64,000 bases of DNA from Felis catus (lineage: Eukaryota), in NCBI RefSeq assembly GCF_018350175.1, contig NC_058383.1, positions 13,766,001 to 13,830,000 on the forward strand. Direction: 5' to 3'. Of the stretch, positions 12,613 to 24,990 are shown piece by piece (position 1 is the stretch's first letter; each line of letters starts with the position of its first letter). The notes under the pieces are model-generated. The model searched no databases. It had not been told where the DNA came from and saw nothing but the letters and a program-made list of their open reading frames with translations. The position numbers and the translations under genes were made by a program.

Positions 12613-13440
12613 GTCGTGTATATATCACCGCCCTTACGTCTCAGGTCGCTGCAAATTCCAGGATAAGTAAGATGCAAGGAGGTGACACAGAGCTTTGATG
12701 AACCATGGGCACTCGATAAGCTGGGTTTGTGAATGAAGAATTGGAATGAAGTATTTGTAAAGTCGCGTTCACTCCAGTTTTAATAATTCAGAGAACAGGT
12801 GTTCGTTTTAGAAAGATTGAGGACTCTAGGACACTGATGGAATATCATGGCACCCGTCATTCCAGAACCCCTGCTTGTGAGGCCTGAAGGAAGTAGGAAG
12901 AGGTACGTGTCGTTCTTCCCACGCACGGCAAGAAAAGCAGACCCCTGGGAGGCTAAGTGGGAATATTTGGGGGGTTGGTTTATGTAGATGGTGGGCAGGA
13001 GGATAATAATGTAAATTTTGTACTTTGAGCTTTTGGGTAGAAAGACAGATTCTGAAACCATTGTGTCGTATCTGCCGACTGTCACAAAGGAGCGAATTCA
13101 GGCTCTTTGTGAACAGTGCAATTTCTCTTCCCTCCTCTCTTCAGAAATTACCTTGAGCTGAAAAGTGAGCCGGGCCCAGGTTGGCATGCAGGCATTTTCC
13201 ATTCCTAGGAGGAAGCGTAAGACGCAGCTACGACACTTGCAGCCCACGGTCTTTCTTCGAGCATCCGTAGAATTCAAAATAAAGGCCCGAAAGTCTCGTG
13301 AGTTGCCACGAAGTGCTTTCCTGGATGAAGGGTGTGGAGGGAGCACCTTAAGAACTTCCAGAAAGCCATCTGTTGTTTTTTACCAAGATTCTCCATCCTT
13401 CTCCCCAGAGTAACAGAGAGCGTGATCTCCTTCATGTGAA

Positions 13441-13488
13441 ACACACACACACACACACACACCACCACCACCACCACCACCACCACCA
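13441..13488. repeat. Compound (AC)n-(ACC)n microsatellite
   Basis: direct reading. Confidence 0.95.
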
Positions 13489-15469
13489 AAATGACCCCCC
13501 CACCCCGCCCAAACCACAGAGCTCAGCAGCCTTTGCACGTGTCCCTCCATAAAACCACTTTCCCATGACTTCCCGAACAGTAAACCCCCGCTTGGGTACC
13601 AAGGAACGGGGTTTTCAGTTTCTAATGGACTACAGCTGAAGCAAGTTCAAAAGCGCGAGGACCGTAAACTCCAGAACGACTCCACACAGGCCGCACACCG
13701 TGGCGGAATGATTCAGGAGGCCAAACTTTGCCTCATCAAGTCAGAGAATTTTCTGCAAATGAACTTTTCAAGAATTATGCCGTCGTTGGCATTACAGTAT
13801 TACACACAGGCCTGTTCCCGATCACTCACTGGAACTTATTTTGTAGTTAACCTCCATAAAGGACTGTGCGAGCGAGCACAGGCCTGTCACACACACATTA
13901 TTTAGAAGCCCTTATTATTATTTTATTGCCAGTCCTTGACAGCTGAGGAAAAGCCAAGCGCTTTAATCTTTTTTTCCCTTTAGTTTACAGTGTAAGAGCT
14001 GCATGTAAGATAGATTTGATTAATATGTAACAGAGATGCAATTCTCTGTAAGATGTGCTGTACTTTAGCGCCCTGGAAAACAAACTGCATCACAATGGCT
14101 TAAATCTCAGTCCATTGTATTATATAGACATCATAAATAATAGAGAGCAGGCAGATACTGCTGCAGGCTTCATCTGCATAACACATCTGAGCTCTCTATA
14201 ATGTGTTCAACTTGTCACTTTTAGTACAGAAGAGAGGCAATAAAGCTAACAGCTGACTAACACACATCAGCCCCACTTCTCCTTCCAGGGGGGTGAATGC
14301 TCATTAAGCCATCTTAGCCCTGACTTTTAAAATCCATAACTCTTACAAATGGAAAAAAGTTGCCACCAAAGATTAAGCGCATAATATATGTCAAAGTATC
14401 ATTTTTCACGCGTTCCCCCCCAGCCCCCACCCCCGGGCTCCTGCTCCCCGCCCCCCCCCCCCCCGCCACACCAAAATTCTTGTTTCTTTTATAGCCCCTT
14501 CACTGGAGGAAAGAAAATAAGAAATCTGTTTTTCAGATAAACCCAAATGAAATATCATCTTCTCGGCATCGATAAGGGACTACATAATTGCTTTTGAGTT
14601 TGGAGCAAATGAGTTGACCCCAGGAGGATTTCAGCCCTTCTCTTTCCCTCTCCCTCTCAGACCAGCTCAAAGAGAAATATGGAATCAATCATCCCCACTT
14701 GGACCTGGCCCGCAAGCCGTCAGGCCAGTCTTCGCGGCCTTCATTACGGCCTTCCATTTACCTGCCTCAGTTTCCTTATTGGAAACAGAAAGGGAAGAGG
14801 CCGTGGCCTTCCATCTCTGCTGGGTCTGCGGGCCTGAGCTCGGTAGCGTCTGTGGGATTACATCTGGCAGATGTGCTCTTTCTTCTGAGGTCCTCTTGTG
14901 TTTCGGAGCAAAACTTGAAAACATGACAGTATGTCCTCTTTTGTAAAGACGCCTGAGCCTTTTTAAAGGGATTAAGGCTGTCAGGCAAAAGAAGGAGAAA
15001 AAAGGATATTTATACCCTGACTCGGAGCAGATTTAATCCCATGAGATGCATTTTGGTGGCTAAGGGAACACTGTGGTCTCTTCCCCTGAGAAGGCTGTGA
15101 TGTAAATAGGAATGGATGTAATGTCTCATGAACATTCATTTCTTTAGAAAATATACTTTGAAACATTTTTCTTGGTGCCCATAAGAAAAATAAATGGCTG
15201 CTGGTGGCCCGGACGGTAGGATGAAACAGGAAATTTTTCCTAGCGGTCGTAATTCTCTCGAGGGAAAAAGTTAGAGCCCCAACCCTTGAATCATGTAGCA
15301 TAAGCCGAACCAACCCCTGGAAAATAAACTAACAAAAGAAAAACAAAAGGCAAAAAACCAAAAACCCTGCATAAGGTTGAGGTCGGGAGACTGGCATGCT
15401 TACCTAAGAGAATTAGAAGTAGATGCGGTGAAACAGTATTTACTTCTCTGATTAGGACAGAACTGATTC

Positions 15470-15472
<3 letters not shown>

Positions 15473-15519
<47 letters not shown>

Positions 15520-15541
15520 CGCGCGCACGCCCGCGTGTGTG
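15473..15541. repeat. (TG)n followed by (GC)-rich alternating purine/pyrimidine tract
   Basis: direct reading. Confidence 0.95.
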
Positions 15542-16118
15542 AAAGACAGGCTTTCGTTGGCACCGGCGGTGGTTGTGGGTGGGTACTGAAAGAAGGCTTA
15601 GATTCCCTTGGATAGGAGAGTGGGCCTGGAACAGTGAAACGCTTTTCCACAGCCACAATGACAATTTGTTTTTGTAGAAAGTCATCATTAAACTCCGATG
15701 TGGGCTGCACGCAGCATTGCTACCTTGGAATTTTGTAGAGGCCACCTGGCAGGGCCCGCAAGCTCAGCTCCCACTGCTGGAGCCCGAGCTGTCGTCACTT
15801 CCGGCCCCTTCCCTCCAGGAGCTTCCTGTCTGGGCTCCCAGCCTCCTGGGTTTCCTCTCTTCCCCTTTCCATTCCACAGCCAGTGGGGCCACGTCTTTCC
15901 TCAGCTCCCAGGCTTAGCATCCGAAGTCATTCACGGATGACTTTTTATCTCCCATACTCGGGGGGTTCCTGAACCACCTTCCATTGCCTGCTCCTGGCTC
16001 CGGCCACGCTAGTCTGTCCGGTGTTTCCTGTCATGCCCGGTACCTTCCCGTCTCCATTCAGGCCACTTCTCTGTCTCAGAATACTCTCACCTGCATAAAT
16101 CAAAGGCCTGTCCCCATC

Positions 16119-16283
16119 CGCCTGGGTGGCTCAGTCAGTTGAGCATCTGACTCTTGATTTCAGCTCGGGTCATCATCTCACGGTTCATGGGATCAAACCC
16201 CCACGTCGGGCTCCACACTAATCCTTTAGAGCCTGCCTGGGATTCTCTTTCTCCCTCTCTCTTTTGGCCCCTCCCCTGCTCGT

Positions 16284-16315
<32 letters not shown>

Positions 16316-16345
16316 AAGATAAATGAATAAACTGTTTTAAGAAAA
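16119..16345 (+). mobile_element. Older Can-SINE, slightly 5' truncated
   Basis: cgcctgggtggctcagtcagttgagcatctgactcttgatttcagctc..., (CT)n, tail. Confidence 0.9.
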
Positions 16346-16419
16346 GATACAACATAAATCCCAGCACCTCACAAAGACTTATCAGACCCCTGCTGGAAAT
16401 GCACCTCTCCCATACCTTT

Positions 16420-17400
16420 TTTAAATTTTATGAATAAATGTAAATATGAGCTTGAAGACCCGATTGTTGAATTCATCACACTCCTCAGACAGAGCGTGCT
16501 GTCATCCTGGATGTGTATGAGGCCCCTCTTAATTTTCCGCCATCATCTCAGTCTGCTCATCCTCCCCCTGACCCCCAGCCTAATGTAGCGTTACTAGCTA
16601 GTGTTACTCTGTGAGTGCGTTCGGCTCACGTAAGTGGTAATGTGCTGTAAATGTCCCCTCTTTTCCTCGTGTTTCACACTGAATTCTTAGGGCCTTCCCA
16701 TGCTCCTGGGCACACATGTCCTTTGTCACTTCTCAGTGCTGCTGAGAATCCCATAGTGTGTGTTCCCTGAGCAAAGGACAGCCAAGATTGCCTTCACCTC
16801 CCCCCGGGGCAACCACTACCACCATAGTCGTCCTCGAGATGTGTCCATTTCTAGAACTCTCCAGTAAGTTCTCTGAGGTACGTCCCAGGAGGTTTCGTGG
16901 GGTCATAAAACATAAATTAATTTCAGTAAATATTGCAGATTGTTTTCAGAATTGCTGTGAATGTGACCATCCGCCCAGAGCGGGTGAGAGTTCTCCTCCC
17001 CGGGTGTCCTTGCCAGCACTTACTGTTACCTGCCTTTCTAGTTTTTGCCATTTGACCGTATAAAGTACTGTCACTAATGGAACATTTTCCTGAGTTTCTG
17101 ACTTGTTTTTTGTGTATCCTAACTATGGATCACTTGTTTTTCTTAGCCACTCAAGTATCTTCTCCCCACCTGTATCCATTAACTCTGTATAGTGACCTTT
17201 ATTGAGATAATCTGCATTTTTCTATAGTGAAACACATACACTTTTGTGGTCCCACATTTGGGGGATCTGGTTTAAGAAGTCTTTGTCTGGCTCTAGTCCA
17301 CAGATACCATTCTGTGTTTTCTTTTATGAAAACCTTCATGGTTTTTTTTCTCATGTTTCAGGTCTTTAATCTGTCCCATAACACTCTGTGTACCGGTGTC
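16420..17400 (-). mobile_element. Old L1M fragment(s)
   Basis: gcagattgttttcagaattgctgtg...gagagttctcct...ccttgccagcactt...gtttttgccattt resembles antisense L1 ORF2 3' end/UTR. Confidence 0.6.
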
Positions 17401-17749
17401 CACACGGACGCCAGCCCTTCCCTCCCTCTCAGCGGGAGAGGGGTCGCCCCTGTGCAGACTCAGGCCTCTGCACACCGAGTTCCGTGCCCCATCCCGTCCC
17501 TCCTCCCCAGTGAGCTCCCCTCTCCCGTAAGCTCTTTCTCCCCTCGGCACGTAAACGGGCTTACGTGTCTCCTGCCACCAGGTGAAAAAGTTGCACCCCC
17601 TCCACTCCTGCCTCTTCGTCCTCAGGCTGCATGTCTCCTAGCCCCACATAGGGTCACCCTGGCACGGAGCTGGCTTGCCTCTGCCCTCCCAGAGGCCTCA
17701 GCGATCCCCACTGGAACTTTGCAACTGCCCTTCTGATATGTTTGTTTGT

Positions 17750-18430
17750 TTAATGCTTTATGACAGTCTTCTCTCCTCTTTTGTCTCCTTATCTCTCAAC
17801 TCCCAGATCTCTTTATCCTCCACATAATCCAAGGTTTTATTCTCACTTGCCCTGAGGGACTTCACCAGAACCTGTGGTTTTCACAGCCACTCTGGGGATG
17901 ATGTTGGTGCTTGGCATCCCTGGAGCTCTGGATCCATATGTCGCACAGCCAACATAGCATCTCCCCATCGCCGCCGCCGATACCTCCCAAGCGCCAAAAA
18001 TTTAAAATATGCCAAGCTGAACTTACCTTCCTCCCAATCTACGTGTCCTCTGCTGATTCATTGGCTTTTAAATGACACCACCAGTGTCCTCGGATAGACT
18101 GCCGCGAATTTTTCTGGACGGCCTTTGAAATCCAAGGAGTTAACTTGATTAGCATGTAGCAATTGAATTTACTGCCTCTGCTTTCTCTTTCCCCAAACCT
18201 TTTCCCACTCCCGTCTTCCTGTGCTCACAATTCAGCCAGTTAGCACAGCCAGAAATCGACAAATGTCCCAGACTCTTCCTTTGCCAAGTACATATTTAAC
18301 CTCTCGAAAGATTGGCCCTGTCTGTCCCTTCCTCTCCGTCAAAGCGGCCTCTGCTGTAACTTCCTTACTGGCCCCCCTGCTTCCAGTCTCCTCTCACTTG
18401 ATGCTTCTCGAACCTAAGCGTGCCGCAGCT
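17750..18430 (+). mobile_element. L2 LINE fragments
   Basis: Pyrimidine-rich L2 motifs, e.g. aaaatatgccaagctgaactt..., ccccctgcttccagtctcctctc. Confidence 0.5.
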
Positions 18431-18449
18431 TGCCTGCAGAGTTGATTAG

Positions 18450-18581
18450 TCACAGAGCGTGGGCCACCGCCCCAGAGCTTCTGATTCGGTAAATCTTGTA
18501 GAGCCTGAGAATTTGCCTTCCCCACCCGTTCCCCGGTGATGCTGGGGCTGCTGGTCAGGACGGCACTTTGCGAACCACGAC
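18450..18581. mobile_element. MER5A MITE half
   Basis: ccccagagcttctgattc...gcctgagaatttgc...ggtgatgctg...gcactttgcgaaccac. Confidence 0.75.
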
Positions 18582-18584
18582 TTC

Positions 18585-18980
18585 ACTCCATCTGCCATCC
18601 ATCCACTGGCTCATTCAGCAAGTGGTTATCGAGCACCAGGGCTGGGCACGGATCCCGGTGCTGGAATTCAGCAGAGAACAGAGCAAAGTCACTCATGGGA
18701 ATGGAGGTGGGGGCAGGCAACGAACAGGTTAATGGGTGTAACACTATGGCCAGAGTGATAAATGCTGAGGAAAAAAGCGAGGACGTTGAAGGGATAAAAG
18801 AACAGTGACGGAGGTCTGTGACTGTACCACCCTGAACGCGCCGGATCTCATCTGATCTCGGAGGCCAAGCAGGGTCGGGCCTGGTTAGTACCTGGAAGGG
18901 AGAAGAGTGGTGCCGGGGAAGGGTGGTTTGGGAAGGCTTCCCGCCGAGGCAGCATTTCAACAGGTCCCTGAAGGAGAGAG
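18585..18980 (-). mobile_element. L2 fragment hosting the 5S insertion
   Basis: cattcagcaagtggttatcgagcacc...gtgataaatgctgaggaaa...gggaaggcttccc...cctgaaggagag. Confidence 0.6.
18814..18903 (+). pseudogene. 5S rRNA retropseudogene, nt 1-90, 3' truncated, no poly(A)
   Basis: Colinear without indels with mammalian 5S rRNA nt 1-90 (79/90 identical by hand against the recalled sequence); isolated copy. Confidence 0.93.
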
Positions 18981-20949
18981 TTTCAAACAGATAACTACGG
19001 GTTCTTCTAAAATTAATCCTCCCGAAACGCTGTCCTGACTGTGCCACTCGCCCGACCAAAGAAAGACGGCCACGTCTGACTGCCATTCCGGGCCCTCCAG
19101 CGAACCGTGTCGCTCGCCTTCCCCTCATCCGTTTCGCACCCACGCTGACCAGACCCCTCTACTGGCCTTTCGCTTTCCCGCTGTATAAGGGCGGTCGCTG
19201 TGGGGTTCTTTCCCCAGAACACCCTGCCCCTCGTTTGCCTCGTGTCCACATCCAGTAACTTGCTCCAGATTTGCTTCAGGGGCCCCTCCTCCATGCCACC
19301 GTCCCCAGTTCTTCCACTCAACAGGTGGCCTCTCCCTCCTCCCTGCAAGAACATTTATCCCCAGGAGTGTTCCATCGCTTCAGGACGTACTTCCCTTGTA
19401 TATTCCTTGCCTGTCTCGATTGCATATTCCGGGGAGGGTGCAGTAGACGTTGGTCGAATGATGGGCAAAAAAGAAAGCATTTCTCTTGCTCCTTGACTTC
19501 TCCCAAGAGGCAGATCTCTGGTGTGTCCAAAACGCTGGTGGCTTTAGCCAGCGTTAAAGGAGAAAGTAAGAGGCCACGGCCCAAATGGAGTCTTGAGATC
19601 ATCTCTGGGTTTCTCGATCTGTCCCAGCTTCCTCGGTGTGCCATTACCAAGGTAATTGAGTTAGAAGTAGCATTTCCTTCATCTTCCTTCGGGCTCACAC
19701 GCGTTCCTCACCCAAAGGGAGGGAGATTAATTGACTTCTTTTATCTTCCATTCAAATGAGGCTTTCATGTGAATCACCCTCTAGCCGCCCCCCCACCAAC
19801 CCAGCCCTCCTAATCTCCCCTCATTTGTTGGGGGCCGGATAGAAAAAGGATAGCCCCTCAAACTCCGCGGAGCCCCACCACGTCACCAGGCTCCCCTCTT
19901 TCCGCTTTCCCTCCAAACAACTTGGACCCGGCATGACAACAGCTCAAGTGGGGAATTGTCACAGGGGGGGCAAGGCAGATCCAACCGGAAGCTGCACCAG
20001 CCGCTGAACTCGCCACACACCGCCAGATGGTCTGGTGCAGCAACAGCCTTTCGGAATTAATAACTCTCCCTCCAGAGGGCCAGCTTCATTCAGGAACCGT
20101 TTCACATTTTCCAGCTAAGTGTGTTTTTCTCCCATCGCGTTTTCTGGCCGCTCTGTTCTGGGCAGACCGCGGGGCCCGCTCACGCCGGCAAGAGAGATGT
20201 CTCTTGCTCCCTCCACCTTTCTTTGCCTTTGGCTTCTGACAGTGCAGCTTTTAATCTAGAAATTATGGTAACTTGTATGTGCATTTTGAGAGTATATCAT
20301 TGCTGCATTTAATTAACGGTTATTAGCGTTAGCTTACTGTGCTGTATTCTGTCACAAATCATCACGTTTCCCAGAGCAGTTATAGCAATTAAGAACTCCA
20401 TCACACCTTCTGTATAGTCATTTGGTACTTTTCCAGGTCTTTTCAAAACTGGAAATTACTAATCAAATCATTTCTGCTCTGTGCCTCAGTATCGTTTATT
20501 CCATTCCTAATGATGTGCGACTTTTTTTTCTTTGGCCGTTAACAGAGGCATCCTTGCGTCTAACCCATTTCACACCACCGTCATGCTTTAGCGAGGCGAT
20601 AATGAACTTGCAGAAGGAGATGCAGGCCTCGGTTCCCTTTTTCAGAGCAGTTGTCTTTCCTCTCCTGCTGTTGGGTGATTGGATTTTGAAACTGTAAAAT
20701 GCATCGACAGACCTACAAACCTGCCTTGCCAGGGCCACAGCCATCACAGTTTACCTTCAATTCAGAGCTCAGTGCGACTCCTGCCCGATCAATTTGTCAC
20801 CCCTCTAAATGGAAACTAATTACTTCCCAGGGAAAGATTGCAGGCAAATACCAGCCTTGGAGCAGCAGCCCCTTGCGGTGAGGTGAAGGCACAGGCCACG
20901 GGGCTGCACCAAGGGGGCCGTTGCCCTCTCTGCCTGCATAACGTCGGGG

Positions 20950-21950
20950 AGGATCTTTATTGTTGACGGCAGCCGTGAGCTGGCCGTCACACCCACCGAG
21001 GCCGGCCGCCGAGAGCGCGTCTCGCTAACCAGGTCACCTGGACGGTCCCGAGTCAAACGTCAGGGGCCACTGCGCCGCCAGGTTTTAACAGAGACACCCT
21101 GGCAGGCCTTCGATGGTGTTTAGAGGAAGACGAGCCAGGCTGCTGGCAGCGCGGCCCACTGCCTCCGGCCCCCCGGGGGGACTGTCTTTCTCCCCCGGCC
21201 CAAGAACACCGCCCTGGAAGCATCCCCGGATCGACTGAATCGCTGCCATCCGCACAGCATCAAACAGGCCGTGCCGCTGACAGCTGCAGGCACCGTTGAC
21301 TTGGAGGCGCTGCCAGGAGTTCCGGGCCGAGCCAGGCTGCCGCCCGAGGCCTGCGGGCGCGCGAAGGCCCTGGCTCGGGGCGGCGGGGCTGGGGCTGGGG
21401 CCGGGCCAGGCCAGCCCGCTCCGAGGCTGTTGAACAGTCTGATCGGAGGAGGCCTTGCCAGTTCCCCACCTTTGCCCATTTTGGAGGCCGTCTGCTCGGG
21501 CCGTGTTGCGCGGTCAGGCCGGCCGAGCAGTTTGGGGCTCGGGGCCGCACCCGCCACCTCGGCGTCTGGGCTGAGCGGCGGGGTCTGCAGCCTGGCCCCG
21601 GCGTTGCCCGTTCCCGGACGTTCTCCCGGGAGAGGTCACACAAGACCCAGGAGAGGTTTGTTTGCTTCAGCAGCCGACTGGGGGTGTTGGCCGGGGGTTC
21701 CGTGCTGGGGAACGTGTCCGCGTCCCCGAGCTTATGTAGAGGAGACCCCGGACCCCAATTATGACCCATCCCAGAGCTCCTTTCCACTTCAGGCCACACT
21801 ACTCTCATCCTTAACACATAACAGGGAAGCCGTCGAAACTCCAGACGGCCGTGTGGGCCGTCTGAACTGGAGGAGGCCCCCAGATTTCTCCAGGCGTTGG
21901 CGCGCCTCTTCCTGCCGCCATGGACTATGCTTGGACAAGATGACCTCAAA
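20950..21950. promoter_or_regulatory. CpG island (orphan promoter or enhancer candidate)
   Basis: Very GC- and CpG-rich, repeat-free ~1 kb; G-run cluster 21377-21405. Confidence 0.7.
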
Positions 21951-22519
21951 AGGCCTTTCCAGCTCCCCATGTCTACGTCCGTGCTCACGTGTGCTTTGAA
22001 ATGTAATAAAAACCCAGGAAGGTAGTTCCCCCGGCTCGGTCGGCTCTGCCTTTAAGTGGGAAAGAGCAGTGGCTCCTTGCAAATGCTTTGTAGTATCTTT
22101 TCCCTTACTCTGTGCAAACTCAGGACAAGGCATCGGGTCACCCCGTGTCTCTTCCGCTCCCTGCTGTGTTTTCAGGGGCTCGCCCTTCAGTAAGCAGGCA
22201 GGGACCACGAACCGGGAAAGAAACGCATTTTCTCCATTGTGCCTATCTCTTAACTAGCTCTTAATCCCTCTTCCCCCGCGCTCCCCATTCCCTGCTGTTT
22301 GCACACTGGGAGATCAGGTGACACAGGAGATCTAAGGACTGTGCCGCGTACATGTGGAACGCACAGAAGTCAGGATTTTGAGGATCCATTGTACTTAATA
22401 GTTTTGCCGCAGGTGAAGCCGTTCACCTACCAACAGTCACCATTCAAGAATTGCCACCCCCGGTGGAGCGTCAGGAGACTCTAAGCGGCTGAACAATGAT
22501 CACATGTGTATTGAGCATC

Positions 22520-22710
22520 GATGAACCTGGGCAGGTACTTGTACTTAGCCTTTCTTGGTCTCCCGTGTGCTCGCTTATGTTACGGCAGTAATTGTAGTAC
22601 CTACCTCCTCTAGGGCTCTGGGGAGATTTCAATGAAATAAAACGCACGAAGCACATAGAGTGGTTCCCGCTCTGTCCTAAGCCCGGGGCGAATGTGAGTT
22701 GCTGTTGTTT
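22520..22710 (+). mobile_element. MIR SINE
   Basis: tagtacctacctcct...gggagatttcaatgaaataaaacgcacgaagcac. Confidence 0.55.
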
Positions 22711-23454
22711 CGGTTGGGGTCATCATAATTAATCTCACCAAGTGACGTCAGTTTCCTGCACTCCGTGATGCCACCGGCGCACTGCGTCACCTTCACCGAG
22801 GCATTCCGCCTCCGCAGACCTCAGGTTCCTCACCTGCAGCAGGAGAGAGAGGGGATTGCGCTGAGCTTTCGGGTTTGACGGTCCTGAAGGACCTGTGATG
22901 AGTCTGCAGGTTTGTTATCTATGTGTGTACCACTGGGAGTTTTGTGATCCTGAACAGAATTTATATACCTCAGGCCATAAAGCACGAGCACGGAAGAGTG
23001 TTCGACGGAGATACAACACACAAACTAGGGAGCCGTTGAAAGGAATGGAAGGAACGTTTGGAAAGAATCCATACATAGGACAGGGTGCTAGAATGAGCTT
23101 CTTAAAATAATCCCACAGAATGAAGGATGAGGGGACCTCTGTCGAGGAATTTAGAGAGTTTCGATCTGTTTTGAAATTAGGGAGGTACCTCTTCCTGTTG
23201 CTACATCGCCGATCACGAATGTGTCAGCTTGAGTTTACAGCGATGGCGAAGCGCGACTGAGATAAGTAAACATTGGTTGCACAGAAACACAACGGTGGTC
23301 TCTGGGGTCACGGGACCCGGCCAGTGTGGCGTTTCGTCTAAGAGTGTCCCCGGGGGGGATTGTGTGTGTCGTCGGAGGTGATCTGTGTGCAGCATTTCCC
23401 ATAGCTTAACAACATGCCTCAACCTTGTGGTACCTGGCATGTTGACAATCAGGA

Positions 23455-23930
23455 ACTTTCCAGGTACAAGTAACAGAAGTAAAGTGGCTTAAACCGCAGG
23501 GGAATTACTGTTCACAACATGCTGGTTAATTCAGCTGGGTAAGTAAATTGGGGCACTAGACTGGCTACTGTTCTCTGAGCTTCATGATTTCAAGATGACC
23601 CTGAAGGTGCCAGTCACCATTTCCTCAAGAAGCCACACTCACAGACAGGAGGCAAGGGGAACGTGTGTTTCCTCATAGATCTCTGTCTTTTTATGAGGAA
23701 GAAAACATTTTCCAGAAGCCCCACAGCAAACTACCCCTCAGGTCTCATTGACCAGACCTGGGTCCTATTCCTGAGGCAATCGCTGGCAAGGGCTAATAGG
23801 ATTTCCAAGGTTGGTCTGGGCCCCTGTAACGGGGGAGGCTACCCAGTGCCATACAGAACTCAGATGAAGTTGGGGATCCTTGAACTCAAAAGCATTTGAC
23901 CGGGGCAGCCAACAGGGTCTGCCTGGGACT
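23455..23930. mobile_element. MaLR solo LTR (MLT1I/J/K-like)
   Basis: caagtaacagaa...gtggcttaaac...tttccagaagccccacagcaaact...tctcattgaccaga...gcagccaacagggtctgcc. Confidence 0.65.
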
Positions 23931-24204
23931 TCAGGGGTCACTGATTCTGACCAACCACTTTGTAGATTAGGAATGGACAAGATGTTGGACCTCTGTGAGC
24001 CTCAAAGGATGTGAAACGATTAGTAACAGACGTAACAGCTAGAACCTCTTTCTTCTTACTGCCATCCCCGCTCCTAGTTCCTTCTGGCATTACTTTCCGT
24101 TTCAAATGCTTCACTTCAAACACGTAACGATCATACATTTCCGTCAACACCATCGCCACTGACAACCGTGACCAAGAATGTTGTTTAGAAGTAAGAACCA
24201 TTCA

Positions 24205-24427
24205 GGGGCGCCTGGGTGGCTCAGTCGGTTGAGCGTCCAACTTCAGCTCAGGTCATGATCTCACACTTCGTGGGTTCGAGCCCCGCGTTGGGCTCTGTGC
24301 TACCAGCTCGGAGTCTGGAGCCTGCTTCCGATTCTGTGTCTCCCTCTGTCTCCGCCCCTCCCCTGCTCATTCTCTCTCTCTCTCTCTCTGTCTCTCAAAA
24401 ATAAATAATAAAGATTAAAACAAAATC
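24205..24427 (+). mobile_element. Can-SINE
   Basis: Full length; perfect 18 bp TSD agaagtaagaaccattca at 24187-24204 and 24428-24445. Confidence 0.96.
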
Positions 24428-24759
24428 AGAAGTAAGAACCATTCACATTCACATCTAGATGCTTCTTTCTGGCTTCTATGACCATCAAACAACAATTGTG
24501 TCAGATACATCTACATGCAGAGCAAACATACACTTGGAAGTCCTGCCCTCAAGAAGTCTTCAGTCTAGATGAGAAAACTTTCTGTACCCCTGACAGTTAC
24601 ACATAAATTAATAGTGCCAGCTAAGATGACCTGTGTTCAAATCAGGGGAAGAAGGGATCATGGTGGGTATATGGCTGAGGACGGGGGAGAGGAGTTCAGT
24701 TAACAGAGAGGGGAGAGGAGGAAGCTTACATGGTCTGATGAAATTGATAGTGATGGCAA

Positions 24760-24990
24760 CGATCACAACACTTACTGGGCACTTATAAGACAAAGCTCTA
24801 AGCTCTTTACATGTTTTAGCTTATTTTGTCCTCACAAAAGCCCTCAGGATGGAGTTTATTACATACATACAAGGATGTACCGTAATCTTTATACATAAGG
24901 ATAATGAGATACGGAGAGATAACTAACTTACCAAGGTCATACAGTCAGTAAGCAGTAAAGCGGGACCCAGGGAGCATGGCTCACAGACTC
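24760..24990 (-). mobile_element. MIR SINE
   Basis: acacttactgggcactt...aactaacttaccaaggtcatacag. Confidence 0.65.

Noticed and set aside
18814..18903. Functional 5S rRNA gene
   Set aside because: Lacks the last ~30 nt and terminator, has 11 substitutions and is not in an array
21120..21999. Overlapping 242 aa ORFs on opposite strands
   Set aside because: Ala/Gly/Pro/Arg-rich, no recognisable domain, non-ATG starts; expected from stop-codon scarcity in a CpG island
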